Below are positions 26,387-36,925 of a stretch of 64,000 nt of DNA, in pieces (the first letter of the stretch is position 1; every line of letters starts with the position of its first letter). This DNA is from an uncultured Bacteroidales bacterium (GTDB taxonomy: Bacteria; Bacteroidota; Bacteroidia; Bacteroidales; UBA932), in NCBI GenBank assembly GCA_944322715.1, contig CALUPT010000009.1, positions 56,671 to 120,670 on the forward strand, given 5' to 3'. A model generated the notes under the pieces. The model did no database searches. It had not been told where the DNA came from and saw nothing but the letters and a program-made list of their open reading frames with translations. Position numbers and translations under genes: made by a program.

Positions 26387-27316
26387 CTATTTCCCGAAAT
26401 CCTCTTCGGAGAAAAGGGAATCTACGAATTCCTTCTTGTTGAAGACCTTGAGGTCATCCACCCCTTCACCTACACCTATGAACCTGACAGGAATCCTGAA
26501 CTGGTCGACTATCCCGATGACGACACCGCCCTTGGCCGAGCCATCCAGCTTGGTGACCGCCAAAGCCGTGACATCCGTCGCCTTAGAGAACTCCTTCGCC
26601 TGCTGGAAGGCATTCTGCCCGGTGGACCCATCCAGAACGAGCAGCACTTCATGCGGCGCATCCGGGATTACCTTGCGCATCACATTGCGTATCTTTGTCA
26701 GTTCGTTCATGAGGTCGACCCTGTTGTGCAGGCGCCCCGCAGTATCTACAAGCACCACATCCGCATCCTTGGCCACCGCCGAACTCACGGTATCGAACGC
26801 TACAGAAGCGGGATCCGCCCCCATCTGCTGCTTGACTATGTCGGCTCCTGTCCTCTCAGCCCAGATCGTAAGCTGGTCCACGGCAGCAGCCCTGAAAGTG
26901 TCGGCGGCTCCGAGCACGACCTTCTTTCCCTGCGCCCTCAGCATGGCCGCCAGTTTGCCTATGGTAGTGGTCTTGCCCACACCGTTCACCCCGACCACCA
27001 TGATGACATAAGGACGGCGGGAGAAATCGAAAGGCTTCGCCTCATCTCCATCCCCGACGTTGAGCAGGGAGGCGATCTCTTCCCTGAGCATTCCTGTCAG
27101 TTCCGCCAAAGAGACATACCTGTCCCTTTCCACCCTGTCCTGCAGGGCATCAACAATCCTGAGGGTGGTATCCACCCCCATGTCGGACTCTATCAAAGCC
27201 TCCTCGATATTGTCAAGAAGGTCGTCATCGACTTTTGACTTGCCGACCACGACCCTCGACAGACGTTCGAAGAAACTTCGTTTCGTCTTCGCTATTCCTT
27301 TATCAAATATACCCAA
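26387..27316 (-). CDS. ftsY: signal recognition particle-docking protein FtsY
   Basis: GVNGVGKTTTIGKLA, DTAGR and TKLDG GTPase motifs. Confidence 0.95.
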   Translation of the reverse strand: MGIFDKGIAKTKRSFFERLSRVVVGKSKVDDDLLDNIEEALIESDMGVDTTLRIVDALQDRVERDRYVSLAELTGMLREEIASLLNVGDGDEAKPFDFSRRPYVIMVVGVNGVGKTTTIGKLAAMLRAQGKKVVLGAADTFRAAAVDQLTIWAERTGADIVKQQMGADPASVAFDTVSSAVAKDADVVLVDTAGRLHNRVDLMNELTKIRNVMRKVIPDAPHEVLLVLDGSTGQNAFQQAKEFSKATDVTALAVTKLDGSAKGGVVIGIVDQFRIPVRFIGVGEGVDDLKVFNKKEFVDSLFSEEDFGK

Positions 27317-27320
27317 GGAA

Positions 27321-27479
27321 CTATTTCTTTGCGAAGAAATCCTTCACCTTGTCTGCCTCGACAAGCTGCTCGTTGAATACATACGCACCGGTCTTGGGAG
27401 ACTTGTCCATACGGATGCACTTCACCATACTCTTTGCACCAGACTTGGCGCTGAAGGTTGCGACTGCTTTCTTTGCCAT
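27321..27479 (-). CDS. DUF4295 family small protein (52 aa; below the ORF-track cutoff)
   Basis: Hand translation: MAKKAVATFSAKSGAKSMVKCIRMDKSPKTGAYVFNEQLVEADKVKDFFAKK*. Occupies the conserved position between rpmG and ftsY in Bacteroidota. Confidence 0.8.
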   Translation of the reverse strand: MAKKAVATFSAKSGAKSMVKCIRMDKSPKTGAYVFNEQLVEADKVKDFFAKK

Positions 27480-27491
27480 AATTCAATTCCT

Positions 27492-27680
27492 TTATTTGAT
27501 CTCACGATGAACAGTCACTCTCTTGAGGTACGGATTGTACTTCTTGCGCTCCAGTCGTTCAGTCGTGTTCTTCTTGTTCTTGGTTGTAATGTATCTTGAA
27601 ATACCTGGTACACCGCTCTCTCTCTGCTCGGTGCACTCGAGGATGACCTGCACCCTGTTACCTTTTGCTTTCTTTGCCAT
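27492..27680 (-). CDS. rpmG: 50S ribosomal protein L33
   Basis: [18 protein letters not shown]...[23 protein letters not shown]. Confidence 0.95.
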   Translation of the reverse strand: MAKKAKGNRVQVILECTEQRESGVPGISRYITTKNKKNTTERLERKKYNPYLKRVTVHREIK

Positions 27681-27692
27681 GATGATGAAAAA

Positions 27693-27935
27693 TTAAACAA
27701 GGTTAACGTATCCTTTCCTCTGGGCCTCCCTGACAGCGGCATCGAGACCGTTCTTCTCAATGGTCTTCATTCCCTTGCAGGATACCTTCAATGTAATGAA
27801 CCTCTGCTCTGCCTCCGACCAGAACTTCTTGGTCTTGAGGTTCAGGGCGAAAATGCGCTTTGTACGTCTCTTGGAATGGGAGACATTGTTTCCCACCATT
27901 CTCTTCCTACCTGTTATTTGACAAACCTTTGCCAT
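27693..27935 (-). CDS. rpmB: 50S ribosomal protein L28
   Basis: MAKVCQITGRKRMVGNNVSHSKRRTKR. Confidence 0.95.
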   Translation of the reverse strand: MAKVCQITGRKRMVGNNVSHSKRRTKRIFALNLKTKKFWSEAEQRFITLKVSCKGMKTIEKNGLDAAVREAQRKGYVNLV

Positions 27936-28010
27936 TGTATATACTTTTTAATTATTTCAAAATAAGCGGGCTGCAAATATCGCGTAAATATTTCTAAAAA
28001 ACAAAACAAA

Positions 28011-29360
28011 CTACACGAATTTGAAAATCCTCTTCCATCTGATGTTTGCGGGGAAGTGTCTGTTTCGGTCGACCGAGAACCATATCACCGACGGTTTGCC
28101 GACTATATGGTCTTCCGGGACGAAACCCCAATACCTGGAGTCAAGCGAATTGTGCCTGTTGTCCCCCATCATGAAATAATAGTCCTGCCTGAAGGTGTAT
28201 TCCGTCGCTGCCTGCCCGTTGATCAGGATACCGCCATCTTCCCCGACTTCAAGGTCGTTATGCTCGTAATCCCTTATGATCCTCTCATACAGAGGAAGAT
28301 TGTCAACGGTAAGCGTGACCGTCTCTCCCTTTGCAGGAATCCATATCGGACCGTAGCTGTCCCTCGTCCATCTGAACTTCTCCGAAAACGGGAAAATCGT
28401 CAGATAGGAATCAGGATAGTCGGGCGGATAGACATCTATGTTCTCCTCCACCGACACGACATTGGAGAATCCCCTGACGGTCTCCAGCATCCGGGCCGTG
28501 AGAGGCATTGCCGGATAGCCGGGCATCTCGGGATTGTACCAGAGCTCGCCGGTATTGATTCCCAACCGGTCCAGATTCTTGGAATTTATCCTCTGGCCGT
28601 TGGTGATCACGGTATAGCTGCTCTGCACCCCATCCCACACTTCCTGAGGCTGTCCGTTGATATGGACCCTGCCTCCGATTATAGCGAGGGTGTCGCCGGC
28701 GACTGCGACGCATCTCTTTACATAATGGTCCTTCTTGTCCATCGGGCGGACCTTCACCGGTCCGTAGTTGAGTATCGTGTTTTCCCTTCCGCTGATCCTG
28801 CACTGCATATAGTAGTCATCGGCAGGAGCCTTGGTCAGGACCGTATCCCCGTTGGGGAATCCGAACACGACATAGTCCCCGCGTTCCACATGTCCGAAAC
28901 CTTTCAGCCGCCTGTACCTGTTCTGGATGAGGGTGGAGTACGACTCTCCTCCTCCCGGCAGGACATTGTGGGTAAAGGGTATCGTCAGAGGGGTCTGCGG
29001 AACCCTCGGACCGTAGGCCAGCTTGCTGACGAAGAGATGGTCACCGGTAAGCAGCGAACTTTCCATCGATGATGAAGGAATCTTGAATGCCTGGAAAAAG
29101 AAGATGTTGATGAAAGTCACCACCACGACCGCGAAAATAATGGCATCCACCCAGTCCAGAATGACATTTCTTTTCTCCCCCTCCTTGTACTCCTTCTTCC
29201 AGAACATCCACTTCACCTTGCGGGTGATGTGATGGTCGAAGATGACTGCAAGTCCGAGGAGCCACCACCAGTTTCCGAGCCAGATGACCCACAGCAGGTA
29301 AAGCAAGGCCCAGAAACTGAACCTCACCCATCTGTTATGGTATAATTCCTTCAGGCTCAT
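28011..29360 (-). CDS. lepB: signal peptidase I
   Basis: PSSSMESSLLTGDHLFVSK (catalytic Ser box) and GDNRHNSLDSRYWGFV (box E). Confidence 0.9.
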   Translation of the reverse strand: MSLKELYHNRWVRFSFWALLYLLWVIWLGNWWWLLGLAVIFDHHITRKVKWMFWKKEYKEGEKRNVILDWVDAIIFAVVVVTFINIFFFQAFKIPSSSMESSLLTGDHLFVSKLAYGPRVPQTPLTIPFTHNVLPGGGESYSTLIQNRYRRLKGFGHVERGDYVVFGFPNGDTVLTKAPADDYYMQCRISGRENTILNYGPVKVRPMDKKDHYVKRCVAVAGDTLAIIGGRVHINGQPQEVWDGVQSSYTVITNGQRINSKNLDRLGINTGELWYNPEMPGYPAMPLTARMLETVRGFSNVVSVEENIDVYPPDYPDSYLTIFPFSEKFRWTRDSYGPIWIPAKGETVTLTVDNLPLYERIIRDYEHNDLEVGEDGGILINGQAATEYTFRQDYYFMMGDNRHNSLDSRYWGFVPEDHIVGKPSVIWFSVDRNRHFPANIRWKRIFKFV

Positions 29361-29370
29361 CGGCAGACGA

Positions 29371-29715
29371 CTATTTCACAGAATTGACGATAGCCTCGAA
29401 TGCTGCCGGATTGTTCATCGCGAGGTCTGCGAGCACCTTGCGGTTGAGACCGATATTGTTCTTGGCAACCCTGCCCATGAACTGTGAATAGGTCATGCCG
29501 TACTGGCGTGCTGCAGCATTGATACGCTGTATCCAAAGTGCGCGGAATGTACGCTTCTTGGCTTTACGGTCACGGTAGGCGTAGGTAAGACCTTTCTCGT
29601 AGGTGTTCTTTGCTACCGTCCAAACATTTCTTCTTGCAAGGAAATAACCACGGGTCCTTTTGAGGATCTTCTTGCGGCGTGCCCTTGAGGCAACTGAATT
29701 AACCGATCTTGGCAT
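29371..29715 (-). CDS. rplT: 50S ribosomal protein L20
   Basis: [24 protein letters not shown]... Confidence 0.95.
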   Translation of the reverse strand: MPRSVNSVASRARRKKILKRTRGYFLARRNVWTVAKNTYEKGLTYAYRDRKAKKRTFRALWIQRINAAARQYGMTYSQFMGRVAKNNIGLNRKVLADLAMNNPAAFEAIVNSVK

Positions 29716-29800
29716 AAATTTAACTGTTTGCTGGAGGCAGTGTCCATTGAGGAACTTCCGACTGCTTGTCCAAATTCAACTTTAAAAACTTCGTAACGAC

Positions 29801-29995
29801 TTAGATAGCAAGCAAATTCCTGACTCTCTTGACATCAGCCTTGTCCACAAGCCCGATGTGGGTCAGATTCCTTTTCTGCTTCTTGGTCTTCTTTGTGAGG
29901 ATATGGCTCTTGTAAGCATGTTTCCTCTTGATTTTTCCCGTTCCGGTAAGCTTGAAACGCTTTTTCGAACCGGAGTTGGTCTTCATTTTAGACAT
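29801..29995 (-). CDS. rpmI: 50S ribosomal protein L35
   Basis: [36 protein letters not shown]. Confidence 0.95.
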   Translation of the reverse strand: MSKMKTNSGSKKRFKLTGTGKIKRKHAYKSHILTKKTKKQKRNLTHIGLVDKADVKRVRNLLAI

Positions 29996-30046
29996 AGTTA
30001 AATCTTTTAACTGTTAATAAATATAGGTATCCGTAATCACGACGGA

Positions 30047-30652
30047 TCATTTTTTCTTCGCTATCGGCGCTATCATCATTATCATCCTCTTGCCCTCGAG
30101 CTTAGGCATCTGCTCCGCCCTGCCGTAATCCTCCAGCTCGACCGCAAACCTGAGAAGGAGCTTCTCCCCCTGCTCGGAATAGAGGATCGAACGCCCCTTG
30201 AAGAAGACCGAAGCCTTCACCTTCGAGCCTTCCTGCAGGAATTCCATGGCATGTTTCAGCTTGAACTGGAAATCATGCTCATCGGTATTCGGCCCGAAAC
30301 GTATCTCCTTGATGACGATCTTCGCCGAATTGGACTTCATCTCCTTGGCCTTCTTCTTCTGCTGGTACAGATATTTCTGGTAGTCGATGATCCTGCATAC
30401 CGGAGGGTCAGCCTTGGCCGTTATCTCCACAAGATCAAGACCGAGTTCGTCTGCCAGTTTCATGGCCTGCGAAACAGGATAGATACCCTGCTCCGGAATG
30501 TTGTCCCCCACAAGACGGACCTGGGATGCAGTGATTTCCCTGTTGATTCTCAATCCGCCCTCATCTTTCTTCTTCTGAATCGGACGACCGCCCTGCTGAT
30601 TTGGTCTCGGACCGTTGAAGCGAGGGCCGGATGGTTTGAATGGTGCTGCGAT
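30047..30652 (-). CDS. infC: translation initiation factor IF-3 (start uncertain: track TTG at 30553, or non-canonical ATC at 30652)
   Basis: [17 protein letters not shown]...DLVEI...[15 protein letters not shown]. The frame stays open for 111 nt upstream of 30553 with no ATG, GTG or TTG. That stretch encodes a Gly/Pro/Lys-rich extension. Confidence 0.85.
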   Translation of the reverse strand: MAAPFKPSGPRFNGPRPNQQGGRPIQKKKDEGGLRINREITASQVRLVGDNIPEQGIYPVSQAMKLADELGLDLVEITAKADPPVCRIIDYQKYLYQQKKKAKEMKSNSAKIVIKEIRFGPNTDEHDFQFKLKHAMEFLQEGSKVKASVFFKGRSILYSEQGEKLLLRFAVELEDYGRAEQMPKLEGKRMIMMIAPIAKKK

Positions 30653-30701
30653 AACGCTGTCCTCCTAAGTTTTAAGTTTGTTGTTCCTGTATTGTGCAAG
30701 G

Positions 30702-32660
30702 TCACGAAAGCTGCTCCGCAACCTCTTTGTTTATCCTGTCAATAAAATTCTCCAACGGCATCGTCCCTTCATCCTGACCGCCCTGACGCCTTACGGAGAC
30801 CGTACCTTCCGTCATCTCCTTCTCTCCGACTATCACGATGTAAGGCACCCTCTTGAGTTCGTTTTCCCTTATCCTCTTGCCTATGGTCTCGTTACGGTCG
30901 TCAATGGAGGCGCGAATATCGGAATTATTCATCAAATCGCAAACTTTTTTTGCATAATCCGCAAATTTTTCACTTACAGGCAGTACCATGACCTGATCCG
31001 GAGTCAGCCACAGAGGAAGCCTGCCTCCCGTGTGCTCCAGAAGCACGGCGACAAACCTTTCGAGAGAGCCGAACGGCGCCCTGTGGATCATCACCGGACG
31101 ATGCTTCTGTCCATCGCTTCCCGTATATTCGAGTTCGAACCTCTCCGGCAGGTTGTAGTCCACCTGGATTGTTCCGAGCTGCCATTTCCTGCCGATGGCA
31201 TCCTTGACCATGAAGTCGAGCTTCGGCCCGTAGAAGGCGGCCTCGCCATACTCGACGACCGTCTTGAGGCCCTTCTCCGCAGCGGCATCTATGATGGCCT
31301 GCTCCGCCTTGGCCCAGTTCTCATCCGAACCGATATACTTTTCCCTGTGCACAGGGTCACGGAGGGATACCTGAGCGATATATTCACTGAAATTCAAGGT
31401 CTTGAACACATAGAGTATGATATCGATTACCTTGCAGAACTCCTCTTTCAGCTGGTCCGGACGGCAGAAGAGATGGGCATCATCCTGGGTGAAGCAGCGC
31501 ACCCTCGTCAGGCCGTGCAGCTCCCCGCTCTGCTCATAACGGTAGACGGTACCGAACTCCGCGAACCTCAAGGGCAGATCCTTGTAGGACCTCGGCTTCG
31601 AACGGTATATCTCGCAGTGGTGAGGGCAGTTCATCGGCTTGAGCAGATATTCCTCGCCCTCCTGCGGGGTATGTATCGGCTGGAACGAATCCTTGCCGTA
31701 TTTTGCATAGTGTCCGGAAGTCACATACAGATCCTTGTTCCCTATGTGAGGGGTTATCACGGGCAGATAGCCGTATGATTTCTGCACCTTCTTCAGGAAA
31801 TTCTCCAGCCTTTCCCTCAGGGCTGCACCCTTCGGAAGCCACAATGGGAGACCCTGTCCGACCCTCTGGGAGAACGTGAACAGTTCCATCTCCTTGCCGA
31901 GTTTGCGGTGGTCGCGTTTCTTCGCCTCTTCCATCAGTTTGAGATACTCATCGAGCATGGACTTCTTTGGGAAGGTTATGCCGTAGATACGTGTCAGCAT
32001 CTGACGCTTCTCATCCCCTCTCCAGTATGCACCGGCGATGGAGGTCAGCTTCACTGCCTTGATCACGGACGTATCGCGGAGGTGCGGCCCGCGGCACAGG
32101 TCGGTGAAATGTCCGTTGGTATAGAACGTTATGGTACCATCCTGAAGTTCGCCGATCAGTTCGCACTTGTATTCATCCCCTTTCTCGCTGAATGTCTTCA
32201 TCGCCTCGTCCTTGGACACCTCCCTGCGGACAAAATGCTCGTTCTTGCGGGCAAGCTCCATCATCTTGTCCTCCACTGCCTTGAGGTCGGCTTCCGTAAT
32301 CTGTTTCCCGCCGAAGTCAACATCGTAATAGAACCCGTTCTCGATTGCCGGGCCTATGCCGAACTTCACTCCAGGATAGAGAGCCTCGAGAGCCTCCGCC
32401 ATAAGGTGTGAGGAAGAATGCCAGAACACCTTCTTCGCTTCGTCATCCTCCCATTTGTGCAGACGTATGGAAGCATCCTCATTGATGGGACGGTCGAGGT
32501 CATATATCGTACCCTTTCCTGTCGGATCGTCCTTTGTAACGACTGTCGCCGCAAGCACTTCGGATGCAAGTCTCGGACTGATGCCCCTGGCAATCTCGTA
32601 TGCGGTAACGCCTTTTTCATAAGGCTTTACACTGCCATCAGGAAACGTAATGTCTATCAT
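30702..32660 (-). CDS. thrS: threonine--tRNA ligase
   Basis: [19 protein letters not shown] (TGS domain), the class II core and the anticodon-binding domain. Start at the Met at 32660. Confidence 0.95.
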   Translation of the reverse strand: MIDITFPDGSVKPYEKGVTAYEIARGISPRLASEVLAATVVTKDDPTGKGTIYDLDRPINEDASIRLHKWEDDEAKKVFWHSSSHLMAEALEALYPGVKFGIGPAIENGFYYDVDFGGKQITEADLKAVEDKMMELARKNEHFVRREVSKDEAMKTFSEKGDEYKCELIGELQDGTITFYTNGHFTDLCRGPHLRDTSVIKAVKLTSIAGAYWRGDEKRQMLTRIYGITFPKKSMLDEYLKLMEEAKKRDHRKLGKEMELFTFSQRVGQGLPLWLPKGAALRERLENFLKKVQKSYGYLPVITPHIGNKDLYVTSGHYAKYGKDSFQPIHTPQEGEEYLLKPMNCPHHCEIYRSKPRSYKDLPLRFAEFGTVYRYEQSGELHGLTRVRCFTQDDAHLFCRPDQLKEEFCKVIDIILYVFKTLNFSEYIAQVSLRDPVHREKYIGSDENWAKAEQAIIDAAAEKGLKTVVEYGEAAFYGPKLDFMVKDAIGRKWQLGTIQVDYNLPERFELEYTGSDGQKHRPVMIHRAPFGSLERFVAVLLEHTGGRLPLWLTPDQVMVLPVSEKFADYAKKVCDLMNNSDIRASIDDRNETIGKRIRENELKRVPYIVIVGEKEMTEGTVSVRRQGGQDEGTMPLENFIDRINKEVAEQLS

Positions 32661-32687
32661 AACTCGTACATTTAGTAAACCAGCCTG

Positions 32688-32715
32688 CAAAGGTAGGAAA
32701 ATTTTTCTATCTTTG
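32688..32715. promoter_or_regulatory. divergent -7 boxes: TACCTTTG (minus, thrS) and TATCTTTG (plus, DUF4199 gene)
   Basis: The + strand has CAAAGGTA at 32688-32695 and TATCTTTG at 32708-32715, each 21-28 nt from its ATG. Confidence 0.45.
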
Positions 32716-32735
32716 CAGGGTTAAAACCTATAAAT

Positions 32736-33311
32736 ATGGATGAAAAATTGACGAGAGGGATATTGTGGAACAGGGCTGCGGCCGCAGGTATCGCATTGGG
32801 AGCAGTATCATCAGCCTATCTGTTCATTACGCAGTATCTTTCCGGTATAGGGACATCCATCTGGATTTCGGGGCTGAACCTTGTCCTCTGGGGCGTGAAG
32901 CTGCTGCTGTGCGTATGGCTGATGATGCATTTCATGAAAAGCTTCGCCTCCGCCTACGAGGAGGCCGACAACCGCGACACATTCCGTTTCGGAATGATAA
33001 CCGCCCTGTGTTCCGCACTGATATATGCGGCTGTCACTCTTGCCAACGTGCTGGTCATCAACCCGGACCTTATCCACCAACAGATCGAGGCGGCCCTGAA
33101 AATCTACGGCTCATCCCTCGACAGCAATTCACTCAACGCCCTCGACACTGTGGAAAGCATAATGCCCCAGGTGATGTTCTTCTCCAATCTGGTCTACTGC
33201 TTTCTCTACGGCACGGTCCTGTCCGCGGTACTTTCACGCAACATACCGCCCCGGGACCCGTTCGCAAGGGAGCGGGCCGCCGGTGATGCCGGCAGGGAGA
33301 ATGCCGGATGA
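32736..33311 (+). CDS. DUF4199-like multi-pass membrane protein
   Basis: 191 aa with 4-5 predicted TM segments. Sits upstream of, and is coupled to, a GT2 gene, as is common in Bacteroidota. Confidence 0.5.
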   Translation: MDEKLTRGILWNRAAAAGIALGAVSSAYLFITQYLSGIGTSIWISGLNLVLWGVKLLLCVWLMMHFMKSFASAYEEADNRDTFRFGMITALCSALIYAAVTLANVLVINPDLIHQQIEAALKIYGSSLDSNSLNALDTVESIMPQVMFFSNLVYCFLYGTVLSAVLSRNIPPRDPFARERAAGDAGRENAG

Positions 33312-34336
33312 AAAGAACCGGGAACATGCCGGAGCGGGACCCGGGACAGCAGAAACGACTATCTATGGCACAGGAATCATATATCAAGGACATCTCGGTA
33401 ATATTGTCCATATACAACGAGAACGAATCCCTGCCGGAACTTGTGGAGAGGATCCGGAAAGTGATGGCGGACAACGGTTTCAGTTATGAGCTGATCATGG
33501 TGGATGATGGCAGCAGGGACGGATCGTGGGATACGGTACGCCGGCTCGCCGGGGGACACGATGACATAAGGGGCATATCCTTCAGACGCAACTACGGAAA
33601 GTCCGCCGCACTCTACTGCGGATTCCGGGCTGCGGAAGGCCGGGTCGTGGTCACTATGGATGCCGACCTGCAGGACTCGCCGGAGGAAATCCCGGAAATG
33701 TACAGGATGATTGCCGAAGACGGATACGACATAGTCTCAGGCTGGAAACGGCACAGGAAAGACAACGCCCTGACCAAGAACCTGCCATCGAAACTGTACA
33801 ATGCGACGGCAAGAAAAATAACCGGCATACGCCTGCATGACATGAACTGCGGGCTCAAGGCCTACCGCAACGAGGTTGTCAAGAACATAGAGGTGTACGG
33901 CGAGATGCACCGGTACATACCGTATCTTGCAAAGAATGCGGGATTCGACAGAATCACCGAAAAGCCGGTCCATCACCAGAAAAGGAAATACGGGAAGAGC
34001 AAGTTCGGAGTGGAGAGGTTCGTGAACGGATTCCTCGACCTGCTGTCCCTGTGGTTCCTCAGCACTTTCGGGAAGAAGCCGATGCATTTCTTCGGATTCA
34101 CCGGCCTGCTCACTTTCCTTGTCGGAGGCATACTTGCCGTGTGGATAATCATAGAGAAACTGCTGCAGCAGTCACACGGACTCCCGTACAGGGCCGTAAC
34201 CGACCAGCCGCTCTTCTATCTCGCCCTTGTCGCCCTTGTCATAGGCGTGCTTCTGTTCCTTGCCGGCTTCCTCGGGGAAATGATTTCCCGCAACAGCCCG
34301 GAACGCAACCATTATAATATAAGGGAGACGTTCTGA
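33308..34336 (+). CDS. glycosyltransferase family 2 (polyprenyl-phosphate sugar transferase-like, C-terminal TM helices)
   Basis: ISVILSIYNENESLPEL...IMVDDGSRDGS...VTMDADLQD. The ATGA overlap at 33308 suggests coupling. The Met at 33365 is an alternative start. Confidence 0.8.
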   Translation: MKRTGNMPERDPGQQKRLSMAQESYIKDISVILSIYNENESLPELVERIRKVMADNGFSYELIMVDDGSRDGSWDTVRRLAGGHDDIRGISFRRNYGKSAALYCGFRAAEGRVVVTMDADLQDSPEEIPEMYRMIAEDGYDIVSGWKRHRKDNALTKNLPSKLYNATARKITGIRLHDMNCGLKAYRNEVVKNIEVYGEMHRYIPYLAKNAGFDRITEKPVHHQKRKYGKSKFGVERFVNGFLDLLSLWFLSTFGKKPMHFFGFTGLLTFLVGGILAVWIIIEKLLQQSHGLPYRAVTDQPLFYLALVALVIGVLLFLAGFLGEMISRNSPERNHYNIRETF

Positions 34337-34448
34337 CCGGAAGCGGACCTCACCGCCGCAAGGCCTTGCAGCAAAGAGTGTCCAGACACAGCCGCAATCC
34401 GTAACAAAAATTTAACAATAATGTAATAGACTGCCAACATACCGATGA

Positions 34449-34456
34449 TATTTTTG
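34449..34456 (+). promoter_or_regulatory. TATTTTTG -7 box upstream of the phosphate transporter gene
   Basis: Lies 22 nt upstream of the ATG at 34478. Confidence 0.4.
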
Positions 34457-34477
34457 CAGTCCAGTAATATATTGTTT

Positions 34478-36718
34478 ATGGATTACGTATATCTCGGTTT
34501 TGTAATCTTCCTGTTCATTCTGGCAATTTCTGACCTGTGGGTAGGAGTGAGCAACGATGCGGTGAACTTTCTCAATTCCGCAATCGGATCAAAGGCGGCA
34601 AGGTTCCGCACAATCATTATCGTAGCGGCAATAGGTGTTTTCTGCGGTGCAGTAATGAGCAACGGCATGATGGATATAGCCCGTCACGGCATATTCAGGC
34701 CCGAGCAGTTCTGTTTCCAGGAACTCATGGTAATCTTCCTGGCCGTGATGGTGACAGACATCATACTGCTGGATGTGTTCAACTCCCTCGGGCTTCCGAC
34801 CTCGACGACCGTATCGATGGTGTTCGAGCTTCTCGGAGCCACGTTCGCAATGGCAATGCTCAAAATGGCCGCTGCGGATGACGGAATGGGATTCGCCGAC
34901 TACATGAACACGGAAAAGGCGCTCTCGGTGATAATGGCAATCTTCGTGTCTGTCGCGATAGCGTTCGTCTTCGGTTTCCTGATACAGTATATCACGCGTA
35001 TCCTGTTCACTTTCAACTTCAGGAAGAACCTCACTTGGAAAATCGGCATCTTCGGAGGCATAGCCCTCACCGCGATAGTATATTTCATGCTCATCAAAGG
35101 AGTGAAGGACCTCTCGTTCATGACGGCGGAGGCAAAGGCGTGGGTGAACGACAACACCTGGATGCTGCTCCTGATCTGTTTCATAGGTTTCACCATACTG
35201 ATGCAGGTGCTGCATTTCTGCAAGGTGAACGTATTCAAGGTCATAGTGCTTGTCGGCACATTCTCCCTTGCCACCGCCTTTGCGGGGAACGACCTGGTGA
35301 ACTTCATCGGAGTCCCTCTTGCAGGATATTCATCATACACAGACTACATGGCTGCCGGAGGCGGAGACCCTGCCGGGCACATGATGGGAGCGCTCAACGA
35401 GCCGGCATCCACTCCTGTGATATTCCTTTTCTGCGCCGGCATCGTAATGGTCATAGCCCTGGCCACATCGAAAAAGGCGCACAATGTGACAAAGACCGAG
35501 ATAGGCCTTTCGCGACAGGATGAAGGGGACGAGATGTTCGGCTCATCCAAGGTGGCGAGAAGCCTTGTGAGATGGAGCAACATGACAGCAGAGAAAGTGG
35601 TCGCGGTAACTCCTGCCAAAGTAAGGAACTGGATCGACAAGAGATTCGATGAGACCATGATATGCAAGGAGGACGGGGCGGCCTACGACCTCGTGAGGGC
35701 ATCCGTCAACCTGATGGTGGCATCGATGCTGATCGCGCTCGGGACCTCGCTGAAACTCCCTCTCTCCACAACATACGTGACATTCATGGTAGCCATGTCC
35801 ACATCTCTCGCAGACAGGGCCTGGAGCAGGGAGAGCGCAGTGTTCCGCGTGACCGGAATGCTCTCCGTAATCGGAGGCTGGTTCGTCACTGCGGGAGTCG
35901 CATTTGCCGGCGCGTTCATACTTGCCCTGCTGATGCACTTCGGAGGCACGGTCCTGACTGTCATTCTGGTGGTTGCCGGTCTTGCGGCCCTGATCCACAG
36001 CAACGTGACCTACAAGGCCAAGGATGACGGCAACGGCAGCGACAAGGCATTTGCAGCCATTGTGACCTGCAAGGACAGCAAAAGCGTATGGGGACTGTTC
36101 AGCAAATATGTGGCAGCCCACGAAGCCGATTTCCTGAAAAGGCTTGCAAGCAGATACGTCAGGATCACCAACGGGCTGTTCAGCGAGAACATCAAGACTC
36201 TCCGCAGGACAACGGATGAGCTCAGGAAAGAAAAGACCACGCTCAAGAACCTCCGGAGAAAAGAGACGATATGCCTCAGACGGGTGGACACAGAGACAGC
36301 AATGACCAAGAGTGCATGGTTCCACATGATATTCAACAACATGGAACAAATGTACTACTCGCTCAGGAGAATCTGCGAACCTGCATACGAACATGTGGAC
36401 AACCACTTCTCCCCTATCCCGCAGAACTATGTGGATGAATTCTGCAAGAGCAGGGACAAGCTCAGCGAAGTTATAGAAGGAATGGCCACGGCCTGCGAGG
36501 AAGGCAGGTTCGATGACCTGAGGAACTACGACTATACTCTTCCGGCCCTCCAGACCGAATTTTCCGACCTGAGGAAGGCGCTGATGGAGGACATCCAGAA
36601 GAAGAACCTCAATCTTACCGTGGCATACCTGTACCTCAACCTGATACAGGAGTCCGAGCAGCTCGCGATCGAGTTGACCCAAATGTCGAGGGCTGCCCGG
36701 AAGTTCCAGTTGGGATAA
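34478..36718 (+). CDS. inorganic phosphate transporter (PiT/PHO4 family) with C-terminal PhoU-like cytoplasmic domain
   Basis: GVSNDAVNFLNSAIGS and FAGNDLVNFIGVPLAG are the duplicated PHO4 signatures. The helical C-terminal ~230 aa follow. Confidence 0.85.
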   Translation: MDYVYLGFVIFLFILAISDLWVGVSNDAVNFLNSAIGSKAARFRTIIIVAAIGVFCGAVMSNGMMDIARHGIFRPEQFCFQELMVIFLAVMVTDIILLDVFNSLGLPTSTTVSMVFELLGATFAMAMLKMAAADDGMGFADYMNTEKALSVIMAIFVSVAIAFVFGFLIQYITRILFTFNFRKNLTWKIGIFGGIALTAIVYFMLIKGVKDLSFMTAEAKAWVNDNTWMLLLICFIGFTILMQVLHFCKVNVFKVIVLVGTFSLATAFAGNDLVNFIGVPLAGYSSYTDYMAAGGGDPAGHMMGALNEPASTPVIFLFCAGIVMVIALATSKKAHNVTKTEIGLSRQDEGDEMFGSSKVARSLVRWSNMTAEKVVAVTPAKVRNWIDKRFDETMICKEDGAAYDLVRASVNLMVASMLIALGTSLKLPLSTTYVTFMVAMSTSLADRAWSRESAVFRVTGMLSVIGGWFVTAGVAFAGAFILALLMHFGGTVLTVILVVAGLAALIHSNVTYKAKDDGNGSDKAFAAIVTCKDSKSVWGLFSKYVAAHEADFLKRLASRYVRITNGLFSENIKTLRRTTDELRKEKTTLKNLRRKETICLRRVDTETAMTKSAWFHMIFNNMEQMYYSLRRICEPAYEHVDNHFSPIPQNYVDEFCKSRDKLSEVIEGMATACEEGRFDDLRNYDYTLPALQTEFSDLRKALMEDIQKKNLNLTVAYLYLNLIQESEQLAIELTQMSRAARKFQLG

Positions 36719-36756
36719 AACAGATAAGTATCAAACAGTCAATTACATAAACTGAT

Positions 36757-36794
36757 GGATACGCGGCACCTCGGCAAGCAGGTACCGCGTATCC
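36757..36794 (+). terminator. hairpin terminator after the transporter gene
   Basis: GGATACGCGG-18 nt-CCGCGTATCC followed by GTTTAA. Confidence 0.5.
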
Positions 36795-36925
36795 GTTTAA
36801 GACATGCCACTATCCGCACGGTGAAACCCATCGTGGGAGACAGTTGAAAATTCCTTATTTTTGATTATTTTTGTGTTTTGCGCCCGATTTACTGCCGCGC
36901 CGGACATGGAAAACATTATAACGAC

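Noticed and set aside
27292-27486. 64-aa track ORF between rpmG and ftsY.
   Set aside because: A different frame on the same strand encodes the conserved 52-aa DUF4295 protein. The 64-aa translation has no recognisable features and overlaps the ftsY start.
29716-29800. 85-nt rpmI-rplT spacer as a possible L20-binding regulatory structure.
   Set aside because: I could find only weak, short pairings by eye. I have no basis to claim a conserved structure without covariance analysis.
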